Assembly: GCA_050506795.1 (NCBI GenBank)
Contig: JBJHCF010000015.1
Location: forward strand, 1 to 64,000
Direction: 5' to 3'
Source of the DNA: Opitutia bacterium
Lineage (GTDB): Bacteria; Verrucomicrobiota; Verrucomicrobiia; Opitutales; T3Sed10-336
DNA: 64,000 bases
The notes beneath the pieces were generated by a model that saw only the letters and a list, made by a program, of their open reading frames with translations, did no database searches and was not told where the DNA came from. Position numbers and translations under genes: made by a program. This document shows positions 1 through 10,171 of the stretch, in pieces. Position 1 is the first letter of the stretch. The number at the start of each line of letters is the position of its first letter.

Positions 1-3000
1 CCCCCCGACCCCGGGGAACTCACCGATGTCGAGCCCGAAGGCGTAGCGAATCAGGTTGGTCACCCCGAAAGCATCCTCGTTGAGATCGGCCGCGTCGCCG
101 GAATTTTCCGCCGTTCCGTGGTTGGCGAGCCGCCATTCCAGGAGTTGTGACAGGGTGGTCACTTCCGGACCCAGGGTCGGAGCCGATTCGGTCCAGGGCG
201 TGAGGGTGGTGACCCGGTAGCGGAGGGTGGCCTGGGAAGGGGCCAATTCATCGATGAAATCGGGGGACGGTTGTGCACCCACGGTTGTGAGAACGGTCCA
301 ATCTTTGTCATCATGCCGTCGTTCGATCAGAAAGCGGTAGGGATTGTTCGCGGGATTCAGCGAACCGAGTCCCTCCGGTTGCGGTAGCGGCCAGGTCAAG
401 AGCACCGTGCTGGCATTGAGGGCGTGCGTCTGCAGCGTTTCCGGCGCGGGCGGGTCCGGAACGAACTCCGAGATCACCCGCACATTGTCGATCGCCCAGT
501 TGCCGGTGGTGAACGAGGGGACCATTCGCCAGCGAAAGCGGGTGGTGGCCGAATGGGCGCCCGCCGGCAATTCGAGCGCAATGTTTTCCCACCGGCGAAA
601 ATCGGGATAGTCCAGGCGAAGAAACCTCATGGTTTGCCAGGTTTGGGCATCCAGGCTGTATTCGACATACACATACCTTTGATCGAGATGCGAGCTCGCC
701 CAGTACTCCGGACCGTCCACCGGGGCATTGCCCCCGCGAATGGAAAACGTCAAATAGCCCCCGTTGCGCAGGTCGACCGGATAGGTTTCGGCGCGACCGG
801 CTTCCGGGATGAACCAGAGTGCGGCGCCCGTATCGAATCCCGGACCGCCGTCGACGGACTGACCGTTTTGCACGTCGCGCCAAATGCGGGGGTTCGTGCC
901 TTCTTCAAAGTCGTCATGAATCAGATTGACGACCGAACGCGGAATGCCGGCGAGAGGAGAGGAGTAATGCGACGTCGCGTTCTGGTTGAAGGCCCGGACA
1001 CGGTATTGGTAGATGTGGTCCGGAGTCAGTCCAGTGTGAAGGAAGCTGGTTTGGTCGGCGTCGGTGGTGGCGGCGGTTTCCCATTCCAGGGCGCCCTGCG
1101 GACGATACTGCAGTCGATAATTTTCCGCTCGTCCCAATGGGTCGGGACTCCAATGGACCATCAGGGAGGTTGAGTCGTTGGGGTAGGTGATCACCATTTG
1201 GGGCGTTGAAGGTTGGGTAAGATTGACGGCAGTAATCGACCGCTCGGCCGAGTACTCGGTCGAGCTTTCACCACGTACCCGTTGCACGCGGTAGGAATAT
1301 TCGGAGGCCGGCTCGACGTCTTCGTCGACATAGCTGTGCTGCGGTGAAAAGAGGCGAATTATCTCCTGCCATTCCTGGGAACCCGCCGGACGCCGTTCGA
1401 CGATGAGAATGTCTTCGGGATGCGGGAAGGCCGTGGCGATTCGAATGAGAATCTCCCGCGTACCCAATGGCTCGAGTGAAAAGATTTCCGCCGGGGTAAA
1501 TGGCAGTGGTTCGGTAGTCGCTGTCACCACATTGCTCCAAGGGCCTTCGGTCATGGGGGTGAACGCTTTGATGCGGAAGGAATAGGTGCTTTCCGCGTTC
1601 AGGGAAGTTATCTGGTGGGAGGTGGTGTTGCGGTTGAGCGTATCCTGATTGGGAGTGATAAATACGTTCCGCCAGGAATCACTGTCCGGGTCGCTCCTTT
1701 GCAGGATGAAGCCGGTTTCAAGGGAGTTGTCGATCCACTCCAGCGCAACGGAATTGTGGGTGACGGAAGCGACCGAAAGTTCCGGGGCCGTCAGCGCGGC
1801 TTCGTCGGTCAGTTCGTAGAACCCGAAGCCGCCGTTTTCGGCCGTTACCAGCCGGTTGGCGGTTGAGTTGTAGGCGCTGCCGGCGACGCCGGCGGGCATG
1901 CCCCAGAGGGTCGTCTGGGTGGGGACGTCGTAAATGAAGCTGCCCCCTACGAGCAGTGAGCCGTCCGAGGTGGTGGCATAGGCGCGAGGCGCGTTAGCCC
2001 ATTGGACGGCCAGGTCGGAGGAAACGACTTGTGATCCCGTGAAAAGCCGGGATCCGTCTTCGGAGATCAACAGCCGGGGCGGGCTGATGCTGCTTGTCGA
2101 GATGCTGGCCAGTTGCACGGCCCGGTCGCCGAACAGGTCGAATTTTGAAAGCGAAGCGTTGGAAGTGCCGGTGGTTCTGAAGTAGAGGTAGCGTCCGGTC
2201 GGGTCCGAAACGCTCCAGCCGTGATGAACCCCGAATGCATCGAGGCTCGCTCCGGTGGCGGTGTCGATCAGGTGCTGGTTCCACCGGTCGGCTTCCTGTA
2301 CGACCAGGCGCCCTTCGCTTGTGGCGGCTATTCGGCGCATGTCGCCGCGAATGCCGGAGCGGGCAAAGGACAGGACGCTTGTCAGTTCCATCGAGTCCTG
2401 GTCGAAGTACAGGAGGTGGCCGTCCTGGAAATTCATGACGTAGATCCGGCCTTCGTGGGGATGCAGTGCGAAATCGCTGACGACGCGTCCGGCGTTTCGC
2501 ACACGGGTAACGCGTTCCTCCTGCGCGTCGATTTCCACAAGGTACGCGTTGCGGGTGTCCGGGGTGTCGCTGAGAGCGTAAACACGACTCGAAAACCGGT
2601 CGGATTGCATAATGGTAATGTTTACCGGCTCGACCTCCAGCCGAACCGGGACCAATAGCGTGAAATCATGATCGATGGAAACTTCGATCTCACCGTGATG
2701 AACGCCGGGCTCCAGAAGAGTGGTGTCGAGGTTGACGAGCAAAGGCTCCGGAACGACGCCTGTGGCGGCCGGGAAACGGATCCAGTCCGCATCGCTGTGC
2801 GCGTGCCACTGGTACGCGATTTCATCGGCCGGTACTGACTGGCCGATGGAGGTACTCGAAGAAACGGGGTGGGAGAAAAGGTTGATTGTTACGATTTGGT
2901 TGGAGTCGATTTCCAGGGTCCGACGAGAGATGGAGACGGGGGAAACCCCGACGGGAGAGGCGCTGAAGGAGCGGACGGCTGTGGTTTTGGTACCTTGGCC

Positions 3001-4314
3001 GGTGACGCCTTCGACGCGCCAGAAATAGGTTTCATGGGGAGAGAGGATGGTCTCCAACTCGAACTCGGGCGTCTGGCTTTCGCCGAGGAAAGCGGCATCA
3101 CCCGGTTCCGCGAGGGCGGTGTCCTCCGCCGAATGGCTCAGGTAGATCCGGTACGATTGGGCCTCTGGAATGGCGGGCCAGGTAAGCGTGGGCGGGGAAG
3201 GGACGATTCCGTTGTCGGGGGGATAAAGAGTCGCGGAAGGGCCTTCGGGAAGCGCCTCATGAGAAATGTTCAGCGTTCGCAGTCCTTCCGATGCCGGATC
3301 GAAATAAACCAGCCAGGAGGAATCCGAGGTGATCGTTTGCACCGCATAGGAGTCGGGGAGCCGGAAAAAGGGAAGGCCGCTGTCCACGAAATAGAGGTAG
3401 GATTCGGTGGCCGCAATGTCGGCTGCCGGGGTGATGGAGCGCACGGGTGAAGGAAAACGATTGATGACTGCTTCGAGATCGGAAGCGTCGAAGGCGAAGC
3501 GCGGGGCCATCACGATCGTGTCGTCGCGGCTGACGAAGACGGGGGCGTCGGGCCGGATTCCGAAGATTTCCATGGGACGGTTTTTGTTGCTCGCCACATA
3601 CTCCAACTGGTTTTGGACATCGATTTGAAATTTCGAAATCAGCGTGCCCTGGTTGGGGTCGGGCGATGTCCACCTTGCTGCGGAGTAGGTGTAAAGCCGG
3701 GTTCTGTCGTGTGAAAGGGCGAACTGGCCGATTCCGCGCGAATCGCCGGGAGCGATGGTGCCGACGGTTTGCAGAACTTCTCCCGAGTCGCGTGAAAGCC
3801 GGTGGAGGACCGCGTTTCCGTCGGTGTAGAAAATCTGATTGTTGGCGCCGGCGGCGATATTTCCGACGTCGCGGTGATTGCGAGTGGCGAAGGAAGGCAA
3901 GGAGAGCACTTCGGAGACCGTCAGGTTTCCGAGGTCGATTATGTGAATCTCGGCGCTGCCTCCGGAAATCACCAGCAGTTCGTCGCCATCCGTGGTGATC
4001 GCCATGCCGGACGGTCTCAGGCCAAGGGTGATCGGTTCGTGGTAGTTTTCGGTGGCCGGATCGAAGATGATCAGCGCGCCCGGGCCGCCGTCGGCAGGCT
4101 GGTGCGTCCCGTACACGCGGGAGCGAAAAGGGTCGTCGAGAACGCGGACGACGTTTAGGGATTCGACTCCGGGACCGGATGTCGCGGATGCTTCCGAGGT
4201 CCAGGCGCAGCAAGACGCTACAACGAGCAGGCATGACCCGGCGGTGCTCCAAAATCTGTGCCGGAATCGTTTTTGATTTTCTGGAAGAGGTAAGTGGGTG
4301 CCGTGGGTGGTCAT
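1..4314 (-). CDS. Large secreted beta-propeller / FN3 / reelin-like surface protein (3' end runs off the window, >=1438 aa); paralog of 4353..9179
   Basis: Translated by hand from ATG at 4314: MTTHGTHLPLPENQKRFRHRFWSTAGSCLLVVASCCAW...VVRVLDDPFRSRVYGTHQPADGGPGALIIFDP. The same frame at the window edge reads SQLLEWRLANHGTAENSGDAADLNEDAFGVTNLIRYAFGLD. Both ends match the neighbouring 1608-aa protein. The track lists no ORF ending in this frame, consistent with no internal stop. Confidence 0.9.
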   Translation of the reverse strand, partial: MTTHGTHLPLPENQKRFRHRFWSTAGSCLLVVASCCAWTSEASATSGPGVESLNVVRVLDDPFRSRVYGTHQPADGGPGALIIFDPATENYHEPITLGLRPSGMAITTDGDELLVISGGSAEIHIIDLGNLTVSEVLSLPSFATRNHRDVGNIAAGANNQIFYTDGNAVLHRLSRDSGEVLQTVGTIAPGDSRGIGQFALSHDRTRLYTYSAARWTSPDPNQGTLISKFQIDVQNQLEYVASNKNRPMEIFGIRPDAPVFVSRDDTIVMAPRFAFDASDLEAVINRFPSPVRSITPAADIAATESYLYFVDSGLPFFRLPDSYAVQTITSDSSWLVYFDPASEGLRTLNISHEALPEGPSATLYPPDNGIVPSPPTLTWPAIPEAQSYRIYLSHSAEDTALAEPGDAAFLGESQTPEFELETILSPHETYFWRVEGVTGQGTKTTAVRSFSASPVGVSPVSISRRTLEIDSNQIVTINLFSHPVSSSTSIGQSVPADEIAYQWHAHSDADWIRFPAATGVVPEPLLVNLDTTLLEPGVHHGEIEVSIDHDFTLLVPVRLEVEPVNITIMQSDRFSSRVYALSDTPDTRNAYLVEIDAQEERVTRVRNAGRVVSDFALHPHEGRIYVMNFQDGHLLYFDQDSMELTSVLSFARSGIRGDMRRIAATSEGRLVVQEADRWNQHLIDTATGASLDAFGVHHGWSVSDPTGRYLYFRTTGTSNASLSKFDLFGDRAVQLASISTSSISPPRLLISEDGSRLFTGSQVVSSDLAVQWANAPRAYATTSDGSLLVGGSFIYDVPTQTTLWGMPAGVAGSAYNSTANRLVTAENGGFGFYELTDEAALTAPELSVASVTHNSVALEWIDNSLETGFILQRSDPDSDSWRNVFITPNQDTLNRNTTSHQITSLNAESTYSFRIKAFTPMTEGPWSNVVTATTEPLPFTPAEIFSLEPLGTREILIRIATAFPHPEDILIVERRPAGSQEWQEIIRLFSPQHSYVDEDVEPASEYSYRVQRVRGESSTEYSAERSITAVNLTQPSTPQMVITYPNDSTSLMVHWSPDPLGRAENYRLQYRPQGALEWETAATTDADQTSFLHTGLTPDHIYQYRVRAFNQNATSHYSSPLAGIPRSVVNLIHDDFEEGTNPRIWRDVQNGQSVDGGPGFDTGAALWFIPEAGRAETYPVDLRNGGYLTFSIRGGNAPVDGPEYWASSHLDQRYVYVEYSLDAQTWQTMRFLRLDYPDFRRWENIALELPAGAHSATTRFRWRMVPSFTTGNWAIDNVRVISEFVPDPPAPETLQTHALNASTVLLTWPLPQPEGLGSLNPANNPYRFLIERRHDDKDWTVLTTVGAQPSPDFIDELAPSQATLRYRVTTLTPWTESAPTLGPEVTTLSQLLEWRLANHGTAENSGDAADLNEDAFGVTNLIRYAFGLDIGEFPGVGG

Positions 4315-4352
4315 GCGAGCGGATTGGTTTGGCTGATTGTGGGCTGTAGGGG

Positions 4353-7300
4353 TCAGAGGTTGATGCGGCGGACTTTGACGCGGGCGAAGATGTGGGGTGT
4401 GGCGCCGAGTGATGCGGGCTGGACAAAACGCACTTCCTCCCAGAGATCGTTGACCGCTGTAATCGCGTAGGGCGCCGCGGGTTCCGTCCATTCGTTCAGG
4501 TCGTCGCTGTATTCGGTCAGGTATTCGATCTCCGGATGGGTCGAAGGTTTGCGGCGAAGGAAGGCCACATGCACCAGTCCGGTTTCAGGATCGATCCAGA
4601 TCGCCGGTAAACCAGGAATTGAGGCGCAGGGTGAGTAGGTAACAGCGGGGCTTCCCGTTCCCAGTCCGAAGGCGTACCGAGTGAGGTTGGTCAAACCGAA
4701 GCTGTCGAGCGCCAGGTCGGCGGCAAGACCGGCGTTCTCCATGCTGCCGTAATGGGTCTGTCGCCAGGCTTCCAACTGGGTTCCCAGGGACACGGTCACG
4801 GGAAGCGAGGGGCGCGATTCGGTCCAGGGCCTCAGCGTGCTGACGCGGTAAAACACGGTTCCGTAAGCCGGCGCATTGACATCCACGAACGATGGTTCGG
4901 CGCCGCCGGTTACCGTGCCGATCGGTTGCCACACACGGCCGGCGAGCCGGCGTTCGATGCGGAACTGGTAGAGGCTTTCGGGGTGGCTCAGGGTGGCGGA
5001 ACCGCCGGGATGGGGCACGGGCCAGCGCAGGCGAATTTGCGATTCGGCTTCCAGGCCGGCGAGGACGTACGCCGGAGCAGGAGGGGGCGCGGCGCTTTCG
5101 GAGAGCATGCGAATGTTGGCCACGGCCCAGTTTCCCTGACCGCCTCCGGTGGCGACTCGCCAACGGAACCGTGTCGCCGCCGTTCTTGCCTGGGGCGGCA
5201 CCTCGAGAAACACGCTGTCCCAGCGCAGGAAGTTGGGGTACCCGAGGTCCAACCGCTCAATCAGGGTCCAGTTGTGTCCGTCCGTGGAGTAACTGACGTC
5301 GAGGTTCCTCGAGTCGAAATTTTCCCAGTAGTCGGGTCCGTCATCCAGCGTGTTGCCCGCCCGGAGGTCGAAGGAGAGAATTCCGCCGTTGCGGGCATCG
5401 ACCGACAGGGCTTCCAGGGACACCGTCTCTGATTCAAACCAAAGCGCGCTTCCGCGGTCGAATCCCGGCATTCCCTCCAGCACCTGTCCGCCGAGGACCC
5501 GGGCCCAGTTTCGCGGGTTGGGGGCCTCGGCGAAATCCTCCCGGAGCAAGGCGGTCCATTCGGCTACGGTGGCGGCGACGACGTCGGAGGGAGTCGCCGT
5601 GGTCAACTCGTTACCCGCCCGGAGGCGGTATTCATAGGTTTGGCCGAAATCCAGGCCGGTGTGCCGGTACGCGTTCTGTTCGCGTCCGACGGTGGCGGCG
5701 TGGGTCCATTCCGCGGCGCCCGCGGCCCGGTATTCGATTGTGTACCATTGTGCCCGGGGAGAGCGTTCCCAGGTCAGGGTCAGCGAAGTGGGCGTGTCGG
5801 GAATAAGGTTGGCGATCTGAACCCGTTGCAGGGATTCAAAGCTATCTGGCCGGGCGGAACGCGCCGGGGAGGGTTCGGAGAGTACTCCGTCACGTTCCAG
5901 GAAAACGCGGTAGTGGTGGAGTACTCCCGGCAGCAGGTTGTCTTCGTCGAGGTACCGGTCCACTTCCGCTGGAATCGTCCGCAAATGGGTCCAGGGATCC
6001 TCCGGTGAGATGCGTCGTTCGACGATCGCGGATTCGTAGGTCTCGCTGGTGTTCCAGCGTAAAAGCACCGCGAACGCGGATTGTGCGGTTACGTTCAAAC
6101 CGGGGGCCGCCGGCGGTGGAGCGGAGGTCATTACGTCGATGGCCTCGCTCCATTCGGAATTTCCGGAAGTGGAGGTGGCTCGCAGACGGAACCGATAGTC
6201 GGTTTGCGGGTTGAGTCCGGTGACCCGGAAAGAGGTGGCGTTCTGCGGCGGCGAAGCCACCGGACTCCAGGAGGAATCTCCGTTCGCCTGCATTTCCAGT
6301 GAAAACCCGGTTTCCAGTGACCGGTCGATCCATTCCAGGTCGATCCAGGTGTCTGCGCGGGCGGCGATCTTCAATTCCGGCGCGGCGAGGGCCGCGGGTG
6401 CTTCTGGATCGAAGAACGCCAGGCGATTGCCGGTCTGCACGACGAATTTCCCGGAGGTGGCATTGAAGACGCTGGGTCCGGGGTCCTTGGGCATGCCGAG
6501 AACGGCTTCCTGTTGGTCGATATCGTAGATCAGAGTCTCGCCGGCGGCCAGGCGCCCGTCGGCGGAAGCCGAGTGAATCAGGGCGCCGATTTCCCATTCC
6601 TCCGCCAGGTTCGGTGAAAAAACCGAGCCGTTCCAGAAAAGCCGGGAGCCGTCGTGGGAGATGGTGACAATCGGGGAGCCGAAGTTGCTCACGCTGGTGA
6701 CTCGAACGCTCGACGCTTCGGTGAACTGATCCGCGTTCAAGCTGTACCGGCGCAGGTGGGCGCCCGAACTGTTCGACTCACCGTGATAGTAGATCAGCCC
6801 GTTCTGGGCGGAAGCGCCACCGCCGGTGCGGACCGATCCGGCGTTGGTGACGGTGTTGCCGGTGGTCGTATCGATAACCCGAATACCGTAGCTCGGGTCG
6901 GTGTGGCCGACGATCAGCCGTCCGGCCGCCCCGGGGTAAACCCCCATGATGTTCGGAGGCGAGGTCGAGGAGCCGGTCAGGGAAAAGGCGTTCATGGTTT
7001 CCAGGTTGGCGGGATTGACCGTCAGGACTCGCGCTCCGGGGGAGGCCGACAGGTAAATGCGGTTGTCGTGGGAATGTACGGCGATCCCGGATACGCCCGG
7101 AGCGATGTAGCGGCTGCGGACGATCCGCTCCTCCGTACTGTCCAGTTCCAGCAGGTAGGCCCTGTGGCCGCGGTTCTGTTGGAATTGACTGATGGCGTAA
7201 ACCCGGTCGGAGTCGGGGTCGGTTGCGATCCGGCTGATCTGCAGGGGAAGCACTTTCAGCTCGACCGGGATGCGGAACGGAGTGCCGCCGTTCGCCGAGA

Positions 7301-9179
7301 CCGAAACCACGCCCCGGTGCCATCCGGGGCCGGCCAGCTTGGCGTTCAGTTCCAGGACCAGGGGTCCGGGAGTGATGCCTTCCGATTCGCGCAGCGAGAT
7401 CCAATTCCGGTCGGATTGCCCTTCCCAGGCGACGGAGGGCGAGTCTTCGGGATCGCGAATAAAGGGGTGGGACAAGTGGATGGAGACTTCGTGCCGGGTT
7501 GCCGATTCAAATGCCTCCGTGCGGACGACGTTGGGGGCGACGTAAATCGGGGCGGTGGTGAATGACCGGGTCGGTCCCGGGACAATGCCGTCGACGGTTA
7601 CGGCGTCCACGCGCCAGAAATAGGTTGTGTCGAGCGCGAGGCTCGGCAACTGAGACCAGGCGTTCTTGTGGGTGGCGCCGCGAAAAAGGGGACTTTCCGG
7701 ATTGGCCGCGGCGACGTTTTGCTCGGAGTTGCCGAAATAAACGTGGTATTCCCCGGCCCCGGGAACCGGCAACCAGTTCAGCAGTACCGGAAGCGATGCG
7801 GTCTCGCCGTCTGCCGGGGTCGTGGTCAATCCGAGTTGCCCGTCGCTCAGGACGGTCCCCAGGTCCAGGGTGCGCAGGCTGCGGGAGGTGCGGTGGAAAT
7901 AAACAAAGCGGGAAAAATCCGAAGTGAACGCCTGGACGGTGACGGTGGGGTGCAGTTCGACCAGACGTTCTCCAGTGTGAATATCGTAAAGCCCGTTGGC
8001 GGCTCCGGCGATGCGGGCGTTGGGGGTCATGGAGTAGACCGGTGAGGGAAGGGTGTTGACCCATTCACTCAAGGAGGCGGTACGGAGCACCTCGTCGCGG
8101 ACCACCGCGGTCGTGCCGTCCCGGTCCAGCAGCACGGGACTTTCTCCCGGCTCCACTGAGTTGTTTAGAAGCTGCGGGAGATGCTGGAATTCCCGGTGGG
8201 TGAGCGTTCCGGCGCCGCCGATGGAGAAGCGGGAAATCAACGCATCCCTGGGCGTGAAGCCCCAATTCGATTGCGACCAGCCGAAGAGATGCGTCCGGCC
8301 GGGATTGACGGCGAAGTTGCCAAAGCCGGCGTTGTTGCCGGGGGCGATGGTGACAGTTTGGATGACGTCGCCGGTGTTGCGGCTGTAGACCCGCAACCGG
8401 GGAGGTTCAGCCCCGTCGGTGTAATACAGAACATTGTTGGGTCCGGTGGCGACATTTCCGACGAACGGGTGGTCCCGGGTTTCGAATTCAGGGAGAGAAA
8501 TCACTTCGGACACTGTCAGGCTCTGCAAATCGACCACGTGGATCTCAGCGCTGCCGCCGGAGACGACGAAGAGTTCGGCGCCGCCGGCGCTCAGCGCCAT
8601 CCCGGAAGGACGGACGCCGACGGTGGTGTGACCCAGGTAGTGTTCGTTTACCGGGTCGAAGAAGATCACTGCCCCGGGCCCGCCGTCTTCGGCCTGGTGG
8701 GCGCCGTAGACATGGGAGCGAAACGGATCGTCCTGCAATCGGACGATCTGCAACGGTTGCAGCCGGGCGTGGATCGATACGGTGCCGCTGAGTTCGCCCC
8801 AGTTGACGAATAGGGTGGCATTCGGCTCAAGCACGGTCAGGTGGCTCGTGGCGAACTCCAGTGTGATGGTGCCGGCAGTGGCGTCGACCGACGGGATCAC
8901 CCAGCCCTGGTCGGAATGGGCTTGCAGATCGCCGCCATTCGGGTCCGCGGGAGCACCGCTTACTGAAAGGGTCACCGGCCGGTGATCGCCGGCAGGTGTG
9001 ATAGTGAGCGTCAGTTCGGCGGGATCGAGCTCAAGGGCGGCGAGTTGGGCGACCGGAATGAGCGCGACGAAAACCGCCCGCAAGATCCACCGAAAAGTGG
9101 ATGCCGCGGAGGTGGGGATCGGATTCGGAGGAAGCGGTTCCGCGTGCGTGCGGGATCTCGGAGGCAGGAAGGTTCTCAT
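4353..9179 (-). CDS. 1608-aa secreted surface protein: signal peptide, BACON-like Ig domains, two YVTN-like beta-propellers, several FN3 domains, reelin-like domain, verrucomicrobial C-terminal module
   Basis: Long ORF with a hydrophobic N-terminus. FN3 motifs (LEW...F.VTGLNPQTDYRFRLRA; GLDFGQTYEYRLRA), Asp-box YSTDGHNW, C-terminal WRQTHYG...DSFGLTNLTRYAFGL...YSDDLNEW...FARVKV. Confidence 0.85.
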   Translation of the reverse strand: MRTFLPPRSRTHAEPLPPNPIPTSAASTFRWILRAVFVALIPVAQLAALELDPAELTLTITPAGDHRPVTLSVSGAPADPNGGDLQAHSDQGWVIPSVDATAGTITLEFATSHLTVLEPNATLFVNWGELSGTVSIHARLQPLQIVRLQDDPFRSHVYGAHQAEDGGPGAVIFFDPVNEHYLGHTTVGVRPSGMALSAGGAELFVVSGGSAEIHVVDLQSLTVSEVISLPEFETRDHPFVGNVATGPNNVLYYTDGAEPPRLRVYSRNTGDVIQTVTIAPGNNAGFGNFAVNPGRTHLFGWSQSNWGFTPRDALISRFSIGGAGTLTHREFQHLPQLLNNSVEPGESPVLLDRDGTTAVVRDEVLRTASLSEWVNTLPSPVYSMTPNARIAGAANGLYDIHTGERLVELHPTVTVQAFTSDFSRFVYFHRTSRSLRTLDLGTVLSDGQLGLTTTPADGETASLPVLLNWLPVPGAGEYHVYFGNSEQNVAAANPESPLFRGATHKNAWSQLPSLALDTTYFWRVDAVTVDGIVPGPTRSFTTAPIYVAPNVVRTEAFESATRHEVSIHLSHPFIRDPEDSPSVAWEGQSDRNWISLRESEGITPGPLVLELNAKLAGPGWHRGVVSVSANGGTPFRIPVELKVLPLQISRIATDPDSDRVYAISQFQQNRGHRAYLLELDSTEERIVRSRYIAPGVSGIAVHSHDNRIYLSASPGARVLTVNPANLETMNAFSLTGSSTSPPNIMGVYPGAAGRLIVGHTDPSYGIRVIDTTTGNTVTNAGSVRTGGGASAQNGLIYYHGESNSSGAHLRRYSLNADQFTEASSVRVTSVSNFGSPIVTISHDGSRLFWNGSVFSPNLAEEWEIGALIHSASADGRLAAGETLIYDIDQQEAVLGMPKDPGPSVFNATSGKFVVQTGNRLAFFDPEAPAALAAPELKIAARADTWIDLEWIDRSLETGFSLEMQANGDSSWSPVASPPQNATSFRVTGLNPQTDYRFRLRATSTSGNSEWSEAIDVMTSAPPPAAPGLNVTAQSAFAVLLRWNTSETYESAIVERRISPEDPWTHLRTIPAEVDRYLDEDNLLPGVLHHYRVFLERDGVLSEPSPARSARPDSFESLQRVQIANLIPDTPTSLTLTWERSPRAQWYTIEYRAAGAAEWTHAATVGREQNAYRHTGLDFGQTYEYRLRAGNELTTATPSDVVAATVAEWTALLREDFAEAPNPRNWARVLGGQVLEGMPGFDRGSALWFESETVSLEALSVDARNGGILSFDLRAGNTLDDGPDYWENFDSRNLDVSYSTDGHNWTLIERLDLGYPNFLRWDSVFLEVPPQARTAATRFRWRVATGGGQGNWAVANIRMLSESAAPPPAPAYVLAGLEAESQIRLRWPVPHPGGSATLSHPESLYQFRIERRLAGRVWQPIGTVTGGAEPSFVDVNAPAYGTVFYRVSTLRPWTESRPSLPVTVSLGTQLEAWRQTHYGSMENAGLAADLALDSFGLTNLTRYAFGLGTGSPAVTYSPCASIPGLPAIWIDPETGLVHVAFLRRKPSTHPEIEYLTEYSDDLNEWTEPAAPYAITAVNDLWEEVRFVQPASLGATPHIFARVKVRRINL

Positions 9180-9349
9180 GGCCTGGGTGGTTGCTGGAGG
9201 GGATGAACGGAATCAATGAATCCTGTCCGAAACCGTGGAATAGACTGAGTAAATTCCAAGGAGGATGCAAGGCATTTGAGCCCGTCATCAAAGGTTCGAA
9301 CGATGAACCGATGATCCGTCCGAATCCACCCTGGCATCGACCGACCGGA

Positions 9350-9988
9350 TCAGGTTTCGGCTTCGGGTTGGCCGCGCTTGGTGGCGGAAATCGACACTCC
9401 ACCGGTGAGGACGGTGCGCATGGCGTCTTCGATGGACAGGTCGAGCGGTTGAGTCATGGATTCCGGAAGCACCATGGTGTAACCGCCGATCTGGTAGCTC
9501 ATGGGCATGTAGACGGCGATGAGCTTTTCCTCGCCCGGCTCTTCGTCGACCATCACGTGGGCGTCCTCACGGGTGACAAAACCGATGAGACGGCATTGCG
9601 GGGTGAGGTGCACGCAGACCACTTTGCTGAACTTGCGTTCGTTAGAGGCGGAAAAGAACTGAACGAAGTCACGCAAGGCGCCGTAGATGCTTTTGATCAG
9701 AGGAACGCGTTCGATAAGGCTGCCAATGTAGGAGACCAGGCTGCGGAAACCCCAGGCGTTGGCCAGAATTCCCACGATAAGCACGGCGGCGATTCCCACC
9801 GCGATTCCCATGCCGGGGATGTAGGCCGCTTCGGGAAGAACGCGTTTAAGCAGGGGGCCGAGACCGTTTTCCGTGGTGGCGAGCAGCCAGTAGAGCAGAT
9901 AAAGGGTAATAAAAACAGGCAGGACCGAGCCGAGACCCTTGAGAAAAGCGTAACCAAGATTGCGCAGGAGACGTTTGATCGGGTTCAT
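9350..9988 (-). CDS. DUF502 family membrane protein
   Basis: Two TM helices, then IERVPLIKSIY, IGFVT, VYMPMSYQIGGY and LSIEDAMRTVLTGG, typical of DUF502/COG2928. Confidence 0.85.
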   Translation of the reverse strand: MNPIKRLLRNLGYAFLKGLGSVLPVFITLYLLYWLLATTENGLGPLLKRVLPEAAYIPGMGIAVGIAAVLIVGILANAWGFRSLVSYIGSLIERVPLIKSIYGALRDFVQFFSASNERKFSKVVCVHLTPQCRLIGFVTREDAHVMVDEEPGEEKLIAVYMPMSYQIGGYTMVLPESMTQPLDLSIEDAMRTVLTGGVSISATKRGQPEAET

Positions 9989-10171
9989 GGAGGGTCACAG
10001 TACTTCTCGAGACCGGAATGTCGAGAGAGGGGTGGCGCCGGGGCCGAAGTGCGCCTGACATTCTTTTGACATGGGTTTGACCCGGTGCTGACAAATTCGG
10101 GGGCAATGGATGGCAGACTGTGCCTTGAAGGACCGCCGCGACGGCGATCCGAAATCAAGGAGATCCGAACC

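Noticed and set aside
311..4426. Many short ORFs on both strands in the track, including the 389-aa 3257..4426
   Set aside because: Shadow frames of the real <1..4314 gene; Arg/Pro-rich with no motifs.
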